A DNA stretch of 64,000 bases from Lama guanicoe (lineage: Eukaryota), in NCBI GenBank assembly GCA_013239625.1, contig MU053472.1:868001-932000 (forward strand). Reading direction: 5' to 3'. The translations under genes and the position numbers were made by a program. Positions 48,931 to 60,640 of the stretch are shown one piece after another. Positions within the stretch are counted from its first letter, which is position 1. Each line of letters begins with the position of its first letter. Below the pieces are notes generated by a model, which saw nothing but the letters and a program-made list of their open reading frames with translations, was not told the origin of the DNA and searched no databases.

Positions 48931-50299
48931 GAAATTCTCATTTCCCACTGCAGCAGACCCCCGAGGAAAGGGGGTGGGTACCCAAAGAGTGAAAGGAAAG
49001 AAACTATGGAGCACCTACTATATGCCAGGCATCGTGCTACATGCTTTTCATTCATGCTAGCCTCTGCCAACAGCTGCGAGAGGTAGGTTCTATTAGTCCC
49101 ATTTTGGGGGTGAGAACATTAAGAGCTGGAGGAAAGTCAACCTAAGGCTGGGGTTGTGTTTTTAAATGTCTGGTACCCGTAGATGAAACCAGCTCTTGGA
49201 TCTAAAGAGGCAACATGGTTAGAGAAAAGAGCTCTGGATTTGAGAGCAGAAGATCTGAAGCTGAGGCCAGTCTCCATCCCCACTGTCAGACAGGTTGCTT
49301 GATTTCTCTGAGCTTCAGTTTCCTCATCCGTCACAAAGGGAGAATAACCCCCACCCCACTCAGCAAAGAGAGGGCTCACTAATCCTTACGGATGCGTTTA
49401 GGAAGCCCTGAGGCCTCCACTTGGAGAAGGGGTTGGACATAAGTTTCTCATCACCAGGCCTGCGGATCACCCCCATCCAAATCTAGGATGTGGCAGGTAT
49501 GGGATGAAATGGTACGAGAGCCAGGAGGGCTGTGCTGGAGGAAGGCAGGCTTGGGAGAGCTAAGGGGTGGCATCAAAGAGGCAGGGACAACAGGAAGCAG
49601 GCCCTCTTGAGCCCACCTGTGACAGGCTGAGTTTTCTAAAGAAGGACATAATATGAGTTCCTATCTCCTGAGGGTGTTGTGAAGTTGAGACAAATGATGT
49701 AAGGGCTTGGTGTGGCCTGGCATACAGTAAGTGCTCAATAAATGTGGGGAAGTGTTGCTGTTCTCCTATTCCCTCTCCCTGTCACAAACAAGCACTTGTT
49801 GAGATGTGGTCCAGAAGGAGAAATAAAGCACACGGAGCACCCACCTGATCCAGGGCTCCCAGCTGAGGGCCCCAGGAGCAGGGCGTGGCTCTTGGAGAAA
49901 ACTCCTGCATGTGGACCTCAACCATCACTTACCTTCTGATGTGAGGAGCTCAGTGTTGAGACAAGGACACAGCTTTCTGGGAGCCCAGAGGAGGATGCTG
50001 AGTTCTGCCCAGAGGAGATGCTGTCTAGGTTGGAAGAACAAGCAGGAAGTCATCATGCAGGGACGTAAGGGAAGGGGACTCAGGCCGGAGGGAAGGAGTC
50101 CAGCCCGGCGCTGGCACACAGTGGACATCTTCCTTTTTCTCTCCAGCCGGCCCAGAGCTCAGCAGAGTCCCATGGTGTCTAGAGAACATGAGAGTCCCCT
50201 GTGGCTGCTGGGGGTATGAGGGTGGAGAGCCTGGGGCCAAACAGGAATGGGCCCAGAACACCACACCACACCACACGTTAGAGCCTCAGCTTCCTTTGC

Positions 50300-51222
50300 T
50301 ATAAAATGGGACCAGATTTCAAAGAACATATACAAATGGCGAACAGGCATATGAAAAATGCTGAACATTAGTTATCAGGGAAATGGAGAAACATTTCACT
50401 CTACGAAGATGATTGTAAAAAAAAAAAGAAAGAAAGAAAGAAAGAAAGAGAAAATAAATGTTGGTGAGGATGTGGAGGAAATGGAACCCTCATGCATTGC
50501 TGGTGGGAGTGTGAAACGGTGCAGCTGCTGGGGAGGGTCCTCAAAAATTAAACACGAAATTACCATATGACCCAGCAATTCCTCTCCGAGGTGTAGATCC
50601 AAAGAATTGAAAGCAGGGACTCAAACAGATACTAATATGCCAATTCATTCATCGTCATTCACAACAGCCAAAAGGGTGGAAATAACTCAAGGGTCCATCA
50701 ATAGATGAACGGATAAACAAAATTTGGTGTGGACATACAATGGACTATTATTCGGTCATAAAAATGAGTGAAGTTATGCTACCACATGGATAAACCTTGA
50801 AGACATCATGCTAAGTGAAAGAAACCAGACACAAAAGGATAACTATTATATACTTCCACTTCCACAAGATACCTAGAATGGGTGAATTCATAGAGACAGA
50901 AAGTAGATGAGAGGTTACCAGGAGGTGCAGGGAGTAGGAAATGGGAGGTTAGTGCTTAATAGGTACAAAGTTTCTGCTTGGGATGATGAAAACGTTTTGG
51001 AAACAGATAGTGGAGACAGTTGCACAACATTGTGACTGTAATTAATGCCACAGAATTGTGTACTTAGCAAATGGTTAAGGGAGGAGGGTACAGCTCAGTA
51101 GGAGAACACACGCTTAGTATACATGAGTTCCTGGGTTCAGTCCCCAGTACCTCCATTTTTTAAAAAATGGTTAAAATGGCCAATTTTTATGTTGTATATA
51201 TTTTACCATAGTTTAAAAAAAA
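50300..51222 (+). mobile_element. L1MB-type LINE-1 3' region
   Basis: atatgacccagcaattcctctcc...aagaattgaaagcagggactcaaacagatac...ttcatagagacagaaagtaga...tttatgttgtatatattttaccatagtttaaaaaaa. Confidence 0.85.
51079..51164 (+). mobile_element. Short vic-1-type tRNA-Ala-derived SINE inserted in L1MB, 10-bp TSD
   Basis: gggaggagggtacagctcagtaggagaacacacgcttagtatacatgagttcctgggttcagtccccagtacctcc; AAATGGTTAA at 51069-51078 and 51165-51174. Confidence 0.8.
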
Positions 51223-51499
51223 GTTTTTTAATCCAACAAGAAAACAAACAGGGCCAAGACCCTCTTGGGCAAGAATTCTGCTCTGTCTTTCTGGGACTCT
51301 CTGGGATTGAGGAGCCCTGACGGGGTGGCCCCTCTGAAGTGAGGGTGGGAGACGGATCGTAAGGCCTGTCCTCCTCCTTTCCAGCTGCCCCCCAACCCCC
51401 GCCCCCTCCTCCGGCCCAAGCCACAGGGGCAAGTTGGCCAGGACTGGGCCAGCCGGGCCTCCTCTGAGAGCAGATGGCCTCTCCCCCTCCCCCCCAGCC

Positions 51500-51825
51500 C
51501 CCTTAAAGAAGAAGAGACCTTTCCAGAATACGTCATCTCACCGGAGCTGTAAATGTCGAATTTAAATTCATACTTTGTACCACCTTTGATTTCAAAGCGG
51601 ATTACACCTCAGTGGTGAAAGGCGGCCGCAGTGCAGGGCCTGAGCAGGCCTCCTGGGTCGCTGCTGGGCCCCCAAGCATTGTTAACTCCTTCCAATTCAT
51701 TAGGTCTAATCCGAGCGGCGCTGAGTAAGGGGCCCTGGGCCGCATCCGGCACTCGGGACCATATGCGCCCATTGTATCACTCATCCGCTAATCCAGCACC
51801 GTCGTGGGCACCGGCCCACTGGAAA
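51500..51825. promoter_or_regulatory. Candidate developmental enhancer (TCF/LEF, K50 homeodomain and SOX motifs)
   Basis: CTTTGAT and TTCAAAG back to back (51584-51597), GGATTA 51599, TAATCC 51707 and 51789, CATTGT 51677 and 51770; CpG-retaining. Confidence 0.6.
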
Positions 51826-52029
51826 GGGGCTCTGGCCCCTGCCCAGCGCAGGGCTGGGAGGGGTCCTGGCCCTCAGTGGGTGGCAGCCAGGGTCTGGCTC
51901 AACTCCAAAATCCCCACAAGCCCTTTGGGGAGTGGGCCTCAGGGAGCACGGCGCAGGGAGGAAGGGGTGGGGGCCTGGGAGAGGTGGACAGACAGACAGA
52001 CACCAACCCGTCCTGCTTTGCTTCTCTCC

Positions 52030-52330
52030 CCCGACACACACTCGCTTACTAAACGCCCAGTGTGAATGCACACTCACGTGTACACTTACACCTGCACACT
52101 CACTCTCATGCAACACATCCGCGTGCTCACGACACCCAGCAGCACACTTGTGCACCACACTCATACCCCCAGACACATCCAGTCTTGTACACACACAGCC
52201 ATCCATATGTTCACAACAGCCGACACCCGGCAGTAACCCCGGGCGCCTGCACATGCTCACAGCACCCTCAGTACACTCAGTCACTCAGGTATACCCACCC
52301 ACACACACATCCCCATCCTCTCACAGAGAC
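52030..52330. repeat. CA-rich low-complexity region
   Basis: Degenerate cacac/acact motifs over ~300 bp. Confidence 0.75.
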
Positions 52331-53384
52331 ATGGCCCACCCCACAGAACTTGCCAAGTTTGTTGAAAAAAATAAAAGAGCCCCTGGCATTTTCCCCCTGA
52401 CCTTTCCAATGCCTGGATGTTAGTTCTTGAAGGGGCTTTAAAGGGAACTGAGCCCATCCGTCTCACTTACAGGTGGGTAGACCGGGGCACAGTGGAGTGA
52501 AGAGGGCTGGCAGGCAGTGTGGAAGCAGGGAGCATGGGCGGAATGGAGCCCAGAGCCCTGGGCAAGCAGCTCGACCAGCCGTCCCTGGGGTGGGAGCTGG
52601 GAGGAGGGGCAGGGGGGGGCGGAGGGAGGGGGCATCAAACTAAAAAGAAACAGGTGTAAGAGCCCCTGCCCGGCAGGACCGTTGTGAGGATTAAACCAGA
52701 CACTGTTTGTCCCAGTGGTTTGTGAACGTCAAAGCACCCCACACCCGTGTGGCAATGTCACAGATGGGTTTCCAGGGTCACCCAGGAAGCACCAGCAACG
52801 GGAAGACCAGGACCCAGAGCTCTGGAGCCTCTGCCCAGGCTCTTCACTGCCCACGACCTTTCAGGAGAGAGGGTGTGCCAGCCCAGCCCGGGGTGCTTCG
52901 GGGGCTTCGGGAGGAGGGCGCTAAACAGGCCACAGCTGGGCGGGTCCTGGGCTGCCCGCTGAGGCGGCTCCCACGTGGTGACCTGAGTCTTCAGATAACT
53001 CAGGTTTTTCAGGCGGAAAGAGTTAACTAGGTGTGTCTGGCCACTGAGAGCTCCCCAGGCCCCAGGCTCCAAACCCTCAGTGCTCACACCCCAGAAAGCT
53101 CACTGAAACGCAGGCTGGCTGGGGGCGATGCTTAGCTGGGGTAAGGGGCAGAGGCCACCGTGTTACTCAGCCTGTCCCCAAGGAGGGGACACATACACGT
53201 ACAGCACCTAAGGCCAACCATACGCAGGGGCACTCGCACAGCACCACCTGTCTCTGCCATCGGTCTTTCTGGCCACCTGTCCACACTTACGGGTATGGAG
53301 GGAGGGGTCAGAGGTTAAGGCTGGTGGGGGAGGGGCTGGTTCTGTTTCATCTGATATTTTACTCAGGCCAAGAAAAGAAATGTG

Positions 53385-53585
53385 CACATGTTGGAGTTGG
53401 CTCCTACCTCACAAGAGCCAATGGCACACATCCCTTTCCAAGTCCGTGCTCAGGGACACCACACTGACAGCTTGCAACCCACTATGGTGGGAGTACTTAC
53501 CCCACGGAAACTGGCAAATGCTACAAGTCAGGACTTTTTCAACCAAAGAGCCAGTTGATAAAGTGAGGTGCACCAGCCTCACTGG
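53385..53585 (+). mobile_element. MER63-type hAT-Blackjack element
   Basis: atggtgggagtacttaccccacggaaactggcaaatgctacaagtcagg...gagccagttgataaa...ccagcctcactg. Confidence 0.7.
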
Positions 53586-53739
53586 GAACCTTCTGCCCCA
53601 TGAGTTCCTTAAGCTCAGGTGCCTTAAGTTCCCCAACTCCCCACACCAGCCAATGCCTCATCACCTTCTACTACTTCTGAGCCTCAGTTTCCTCAAACTC
53701 CAAATCAGGAGGCTAGTCATAGCGCCTGGGGCAGAGCTG

Positions 53740-53895
53740 CTGGAACTTCAGGGGGCACACGGATCTTTGGAGGGTCCTGTTTAGATGCAGATCCTGATTA
53801 TCAGGACGAACCGGGGGCCTGAGAGTCCGCAGTGCTGACAAGCTCCCAAGCGATGCTGCTGCCGGTCTGTGGCCCACACTTGGAGGAATAGGGGC
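53740..53895. mobile_element. MER5A-like hAT-Charlie element
   Basis: gatgcagatcctgatt...gggcctgagagtccgc...acaagctcccaagcgatgctgctgccggtctgtggcccacactt. Confidence 0.65.
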
Positions 53896-55384
53896 TCATT
53901 TGTTAACAGCGATTAGGACCAGGCACAGGTGTTGAGGGTGCCTTGCCTCTCTGACCTCTAGTCTGACCTCTCTCCTCAGCCTCCGGGGGGGCCCCCACTC
54001 CTGATGGGTCATCTCTTTTTGAATGCTCCTCTCAGACCTCCAACTCAGTGGTTCTAAAACAAAAATTAGAAAAACAAAAGCTACACTGAAGACTCATCCC
54101 TTCATCCCAAACGCCTCCCTCCAGCCTCGTTCTCCCTGGCCACCCTCTCTCTTGCCTGTGACCATCACGACATTCACCAGCAACATCCTCTGCTCCAGCT
54201 CTGATTCCATCACTCAAGCCAGCCTGCCACCCCTCCGGGCCCTATCCCTGGGGGTTGGGTGGCAGGAGTCCACCCAACTTTGCCTGGGGCCCCACCCTCT
54301 CTAGCTTGAAGTCCCAAGGCTGCAGCCTGTCAGGTCTCCACCCCTGCTCGGCCATCTCCTCCCTCAAACCAGTCCTTTGCTTTAGGCTAGCCTGTCCATA
54401 TTCCAATTCAGTGTTGCTGTTTGCTGTCCCCAGGAGGTGCTAAGAGCAACCTGGCTGAGAATTTGCTCATGTGTCCTCAACCCCTCTCTACCCCTTCAAG
54501 GGCAGCAGGGTAGCTACTTCCCTGGGAACCCAACCAGCCCTCCGTTCTCTGAGCACCATTCTTTGGCACTTATCTCTGCATCACCCAAAGGGTGATTCCA
54601 CTCTCCCACTAGACCAGAGGCTTTCCCCAGGGCAGGGATTGAGTCCATCTTTCACAGCAGGTCAAGGAGCCCTCCTGCCAGAGGCTGTGTCTTCCACCCC
54701 CCACCCCCGCCCCCATCAGCCCTCTGGCAGAACCTATGTCTCCTCCATCAATCTGGAACAGGTAACGAACATGTTTCCTGTTCGTTCTGCAGCTCTGTCC
54801 ATGGAACTTGGGCCTCCTCTGGTGGGGCTTGGCTGAACGCACCCCCTTCCCCGTCCATCTAGGCACCCTAGATCCCCCCTTTTCTCAGCCGTGGCTCTCC
54901 TGGGCCTAGCTGGACAGAAGAGAGAGAGGTCATTGAAATCACCTGGGGAAGGGGTGCTCTCTGCCCAGGGCAGGGTCAGCTTGGAGTACTGTCCCCTTCA
55001 CCGCCGCCCCCCACGGGCCCCCAACACCTGTTTACAGTGCCAACCCCTGACCCAGAACATCAAGGGAGCCCAGGATTCCCAGAGCCACAAAGCCACTTGT
55101 TAATTAATTGCACTAATTAGCAGGGATGAGGCTGGACATCTGGACCCTCTCCCGGGTGAGTTCAGACCCTCAGCACACTCAGGCTGAGGCTAGTTGCCGG
55201 CAGGGACACCATCTCCAGTCTGCCAGACCTGGGCTCCCTCCCCAGTGGTCCATTTACCACTTAGCCCCCTTCGTCCTCAATCCACAGGGACACTCACTGG
55301 CATTTCTATTTAAACGCTCCTCTAGGCTCTCAAATACAGTGTTTCTAAAACAAAAGCAAAACCGTGAAGATCCATCTCTCCTGC

Positions 55385-56250
55385 CATTCATTCATTCATT
55401 CACTCACACATTCAAAAAATACTGATTGAGCACTGACTCTGGGTCAGGCACTCGGCCAGGCACTGAGCCTGTAGCTGTAACCAAAACGCGGTGTATACGT
55501 ACCACGGAGCAGGATACGGCCATAAAAAGGAATGAGATTATACGGCCACATACAACATATGTGGACCCTGAAAACATGCTAAGTCAAGCCAAACTCAGAA
55601 AGAGAAATATTGATTGATTCCACTTAAATGAGGTATAGACAAATTCAGAGACAGAAAGCAGAACAAGGGTTGGCAGGATTTGGGGGGCAAGGACTGGGGA
55701 GTTACTGTTGAAGCAGGATGGAGTGTATGTTGGGGTTGATGAAAAAGTATAGGATCTAGACAGTGGCGATGGTTACACAACACTGCAAATGTATCTGATG
55801 TCACTGAATTTACACTTACAAATGATCTAAATGAGAAATATGTTATGCATATTCTACAGTAAAAAAGAAACAAAAGCCTACCTCCACGGAGTTTAGGTTC
55901 TAATGGAAGGGGATAACAACAAAGAAAATAAGTAAAAATATATGAATGATGGCGACAAATGCTACAGAGAGAAATTAAGGCAGAGAAAGGCAGAGTGGGT
56001 GCCAGGGGTAGGGCTACAGTACTGAATAGGGTGAGCAACAAGACCTCGCCAAGGGGGGACCTGCCAGCAAAGATATGAAGTGGGTGAGAAGCATGTGGAC
56101 ATCTGGAGGGGACAGAAGACAAAGGCCCTGAGGTGACAGTGGGTCTGGGGTCCAGGAAGTGCAGTAATGGGGCATTGTGGAGTGAGCAGAGGGGAGAGGG
56201 GAGGGAGAGGAGGTGGGAGAGTTGCTGGGGCAGATCAGATAGGGCCGGGC
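55385..56250 (-). mobile_element. L2 LINE 3' region interrupted by an L1MB insertion
   Basis: cattcattcattcattc...attgagcactgactctgggtcaggcac, resuming as cctacctccacggagtttaggttctaatgg...aaggccctgaggtg. Confidence 0.75.
55488..55868 (+). mobile_element. L1MB-type LINE-1 3' end
   Basis: gccataaaaaggaatgag...cctgaaaacatgctaagt...aaattcagagacagaaagcaga...tcactgaatttacactt. Confidence 0.8.
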
Positions 56251-56814
56251 ATACCTGGAGCGCTCCCATCTGTGAAGCCCCGCCTCGCCCCAGCACCTCC
56301 CAGGCACCTCTCCCCTTCTCAGACCTGTCCCTCTCACATCGGTCCATCCACAGACCCTCCCTACATCTCTAAACTTGGCCCCCTCTGTACCCTGGCCCTC
56401 AGGAACCTGGACGCACTCCTGGCCTCACCACAACATTCACTCTCCAGCTCCCAGCTACACAGTCCTCAGCCAGGCCCAGGGTTCTTCCCCAGTCTCTGCC
56501 AGCACTTCTCAGATGAGTACACCAAGGCTCAGACAAACAGATGCGCTCCAGATCCTTGACCTGAAGCTTCTTAATTCTGCTTCAGCAGGAGGAAGGAGGC
56601 TTGAGTCCAATTCCAGAAAACACTATCTTGAAGCCCCAGGAGGCAGCCTGCACATGTGTGTGTGTGTACATGCCTCCCCTGGCAGGTCCCACGCGAGGGT
56701 CACACTTGGGAAGAAATGCCTGCCCCAGCCCTCGGCAGGCAGAAAAGAGGAGGGATTCCCATTCCACTGGCTTCACTCACCTCCTTGCCTCTCCTCCAAC
56801 ACACCAGGCCCAGG

Positions 56815-57116
56815 CCTGCCCCAGGGCTTTTGCACTAGCTAAGTCTCTTCCCCCAGAACTCTGCACACCTTACGTAGGTCAGGTCTCCGCTGAGCTGTCA
56901 CCTTCTCAGTGAGGCCCTCCTTGACTACCTTACTGAAAACTGATCCCACCCCCACAACCCTTCCACTCCCCTTTTTTTCTCTCACTCACCACCTGACGCT
57001 GCTTACCATCTGTCTCCCACTACTAGAATGTAAGCTCCTTGAGAGGAATCACATTTGCTTGTCCCCAGTGCTTAGGACAGTAGCCATACCTAGTTAGTCC
57101 TCTGTCAAATGAATGA
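56815..57116 (+). mobile_element. L2 LINE 3' end
   Basis: ccagggcttttgcact...gtcaccttctcagtgaggcc...ctagaatgtaagctccttgag...ccccagtgcttaggacagt...aaatgaatga. Confidence 0.8.
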
Positions 57117-57624
57117 CTCGATCACGAACTACAACAAAGGTGAAGCTCCAGGGAAAGGGCACGGAGAAGGGAAACAGAAGGAAACTGATGTTTGTCTTAG
57201 CCTTTCTGTGAGCTGAGCACTTCCCACTTGGGCGACTGAAGCTCAGAGAGGTGAAGTCACTTGCCCAGGGTCACACAGCTTGGAAAGGAGAGGAAAATTG
57301 AGCTATCTCAGCTCCAAAACCTGTTGACTTCACCCCGTGCTGCCTCCAAAAGTTTGGCATTCTGACCTCTTGGATTCGGTGGCCCCTGCTTGTTTCACCA
57401 AATGCTGTTTCTGACAGTTCCCCCTCCCCACTTCAGGCAACAATCCCACTCCTCCCTTCCCCCACCCACACCATTCCTACTGCAAATCCTATTCTGAAAA
57501 ACTCTGGCCGAGGATTCGAACCCATGTGACCACGAACAAGTTTCTGCTCGGCACCCCCTCACACTTACTTCCACATTAAGTGCAGGGGCTGCATTAGAAG
57601 GTCCCTCTGGGCCTGCTTTGGGAC

Positions 57625-57795
57625 AGGACGAGCGCCCCCACTTCCACGCAGGCTCCCACCAGCGGACTTGCGGACTTGCGCATCTGCGCATGTCAGCGGC
57701 CCTTGAGGGCGGGGCGGGGCTCACCCCCGGGAAAAGCCTTGGGGCGAGGTGGCGGCTGGGCTCGCTGGACTCTGGTCTGGCCACAGCGCGCAGTT
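57625..57795. promoter_or_regulatory. Small CpG-rich promoter-like patch
   Basis: cacttcc (ETS-like), tandem gcggactt, tgcgcatctgcgcatg (NRF1-like), overlapping GC boxes gggcggggcgggg (57707-57719). Confidence 0.45.
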
Positions 57796-58021
57796 AAACA
57801 AGTGAATGAAGTGAACACACCTGAAAACCACAGGCTTCAGCAAATGAGGGCTGCAGCTGGGATCAGGCCGAGCAACCCCATCCAGAGGAGGAGGAGGTCG
57901 GGCAGGAGCTACTAAGGAGAATAGAGTTAGGGGCGGGAAGGTCCTCGCCGGGCGCTGGAGAAGAGGAGCATGGCCTGCCAGCCCCTTTAGAATGCAGCCG
58001 TTGCCGCACGATTGCTGCCAC

Positions 58022-58250
58022 CATTACTGAGCACTTGCTGTGTACTCTGTACCACGCTAAGAGCTTCACACACATTCATCTCATTTCATCCTCCCAGCTC
58101 TACCTGGGAGGTCCGTCCTATTACTAGCCTCCACTTCACAGGTGGGAACACTGAGGCTTAGGAAGGCCAAGTGGACCAGCCCATGATCACATGGTTGGAA
58201 AGAGGCAGAATTAGGATAAGAACGCAGTTCCTCCTGATTCCAGAGCCCAG
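58022..58250 (-). mobile_element. MIR SINE
   Basis: tactgagcacttgctgtg...atctcatttcatcctc...cacaggtgggaacactgaggcttag. Confidence 0.75.
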
Positions 58251-59499
58251 GCCCTGTTCTGCAGCCTTTAGGATAGACACCAGCCACCCCGCCTCTCCCA
58301 GAATGCCCCAGTTCCCTCAGTCTCATTTTTAGGCTCATCGATTGATTATTGACGGATGCATTTGTGGTCTGGCTCTGGGGCCTCTCAGTCAGGCCCTGGG
58401 CAAGGACAGGAATGGGGGTGGAGGCGGGGATCCTCCGACCCCAGGAAAGGCCCTGCGGCTGCCCTCACCCCAGTGTGCCTGCTTCTGGCTGTCCAGCACT
58501 GCCAACTCAACCCACCTTCCCTCCGCCTCTGGATTTAAAGGCACAGTGACAATTAATCACCCAACGACATGGAGGGCAGGCTGCAGAGGAGTTAATTAAT
58601 TAGGGAAATTTCTCCCAGCCCTTTGAAGGTGAAATGTGTGGGGAGGGGACAGGGCCAGGGACAGTTATTATTCAAACTGAACAAGCTGACTCTGAGAGAA
58701 GTCTTAAGGAACAGCTCCAGTCGTGGGGGAGGGGGGCTTTGACGGGGTGGAGCCCTCACCAGGGTAGCTCTGTGCATGCCCTAGACCTCCCTCGTCAGCC
58801 TAGCTCCGGGCCTCCAGCCCCAAAGGGTGGAGGCTCCCTCCTTTGCCAATGGACTGGGGTATCCCTAAAGGCAGATGGGCCTCTAGGAACCAAGTAGAAT
58901 AAGGAGGGCAAAGCTGTTACCCCCACCCCCTCACCAAATAAAAGTAGCCAATGAGACTGTATGTGCCAGAGCCCCCTGGGAGTGATTTAGGTGTTATTTG
59001 CACAGCTTGGGTGCTCCAGACACACCGAAGACTGGGAGGAGACTCCATCGGACCAGCCCAGGCTCAGGGAGGGAAATTCGGCGAGGGGCAGCTGGTCGCA
59101 GGAGACAGGGAACTGGACAGTCTTCAGCCCCGCTCCCCTCTACCACTATGCCCTTGAGAGGTTGATCCTCTTGTGCTGGTGGGGGCTCCATGCTACCTGC
59201 CAGGCTGCATGGCTGCTCCCAGAGGCAGGGAGGGTCTGGCCCTGGGGAGCCCATTCTCACCCACAGAGGAAGCAGACGGTTGACTTGGTCATGAGAGTAA
59301 GGGCAGCAGGAAGCCCCTTCCCTGCAACCACACACCAAAGATCAGCTTTGGAGCATCAAGACTTGGGAGCTAGAGAGACACTGAAGTGACAAGGGAAGTT
59401 TAAGACCTGTCCCTACTGTGAAGGCTCCCACAGACCCTGTTACACCATTGACAGACAAGGCAAAGGTCTGAGCCAGAACATGGTAGGTGCAAAGCCCCA

Positions 59500-59960
59500 T
59501 GGGGGCACAAAGGGGGCCACAATTCAGAATGATTAGGGGATCGGGAAAGACTCAAGGAGGTGCTGTCATCAGGGTAAACACCTGAAACAAAGCTGAAATC
59601 TCAACAGGCAAAGGCACAGAGGCAGCAACTTGCACAGCACATTTGGGGAAGGGTGAGATGGTGAGCAGGGTAGAGTGGATGGACAGAGGGCATGGGGAGG
59701 GCTGGAAATGAGGCCAGAGAATTAAGGTGGGCCCGACAGAAGCCTCACGTGCTGAGACTGGACATGATTCCAACATGGTGGGAATTCACTGAGGGCTTTA
59801 AGACAGGGCTGCCGTGACTGGAGAGCTCTGGGCTTTAGAAAGGGCACCCTGGCAGCTAGGGGACAATGGGTCCATTAGGGAGGGGTGAGGCAAGATGGGA
59901 AACCAGTGAGGAGGCAGGTTCCATGGCCCAGGAGAGATGATGTTGACTTCAGCCAGAAGA
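59500..59960 (-). mobile_element. L2 LINE fragment
   Basis: caaaggcacagaggcag...gagggctttaagacaggg...tttagaaagggcaccctggcagc...ccagtgaggaggc...ccaggagagatgatg. Confidence 0.7.
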
Positions 59961-60319
59961 TAGAGCACGGGAGAAGGGAACTATGGTTTATTGTTCACCT
60001 ACTGGGTGCTGGGTGCTGTACTGGACACTTCATCCATCCTCTCCCTTTGTCTTGGGATTTTTATTATGCCCAGGATTTGGAGGCAGCTAGGGAGCTAATA
60101 AAGCTGAGGTGAATGGGTTTTGCACACCTGAGGAGGTGTTTTTTCTCCATTCTCTCCTCTCCCCACCCCTCCCCCCCTTAAAATCTCCTTCCCACTTTTG
60201 CAGAAGGGTCAGGGGTCAGGGAACATGTCCTGTGCTCAACTCAGGGACCCCCAGAGAGAAATCGTGAAAAGCAGTGCCACGCAGCCCACACTGCTCCCCA
60301 ACACTTCCCCATCCCTGCC

Positions 60320-60640
60320 CCCTCCAATCATTTGTACAACAGGAAAAGAACCTAATCCCAAATCTGAAAAACTATGTGATGGAGGATTTACAGTATTAGA
60401 AGGCAAACAGTGGCAGGTGTAATTAGGAGAAAAATTTGTCATGCTCTCGACTTGGGGAAGAGAAGGGAAGGTCTGGCATCACAATCTCCCTGGTGTTTAC
60501 CCAGCGTGTGCACACACGTGGGAGAGCGGGCGCTGGCCACAGGCAGATTAATATTTGATGCAAGGAAGAGAAACCCATGCTGTTCATGTTTATTTAGGAT
60601 GTTGTGAAATACAGTGAAATTTGCAATTTTATTGGATTTG
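60320..60640. promoter_or_regulatory. Candidate non-coding regulatory element
   Basis: taatcc, caggtg, taatta, tgtttac (FOX), cacgtg, gattaat, tgtttat and ttttattg in unique sequence. Confidence 0.5.

Noticed and set aside
13113..51704. Identical 13-mer CCAATTCATTAGG at 13113 and 51692
   Set aside because: Several exact 13-mer matches are expected by chance in 64 kb, so it is not significant alone.
55595..56347. Longest ORF (250 aa, minus strand)
   Set aside because: Lies almost entirely across L2 and L1MB fragments.
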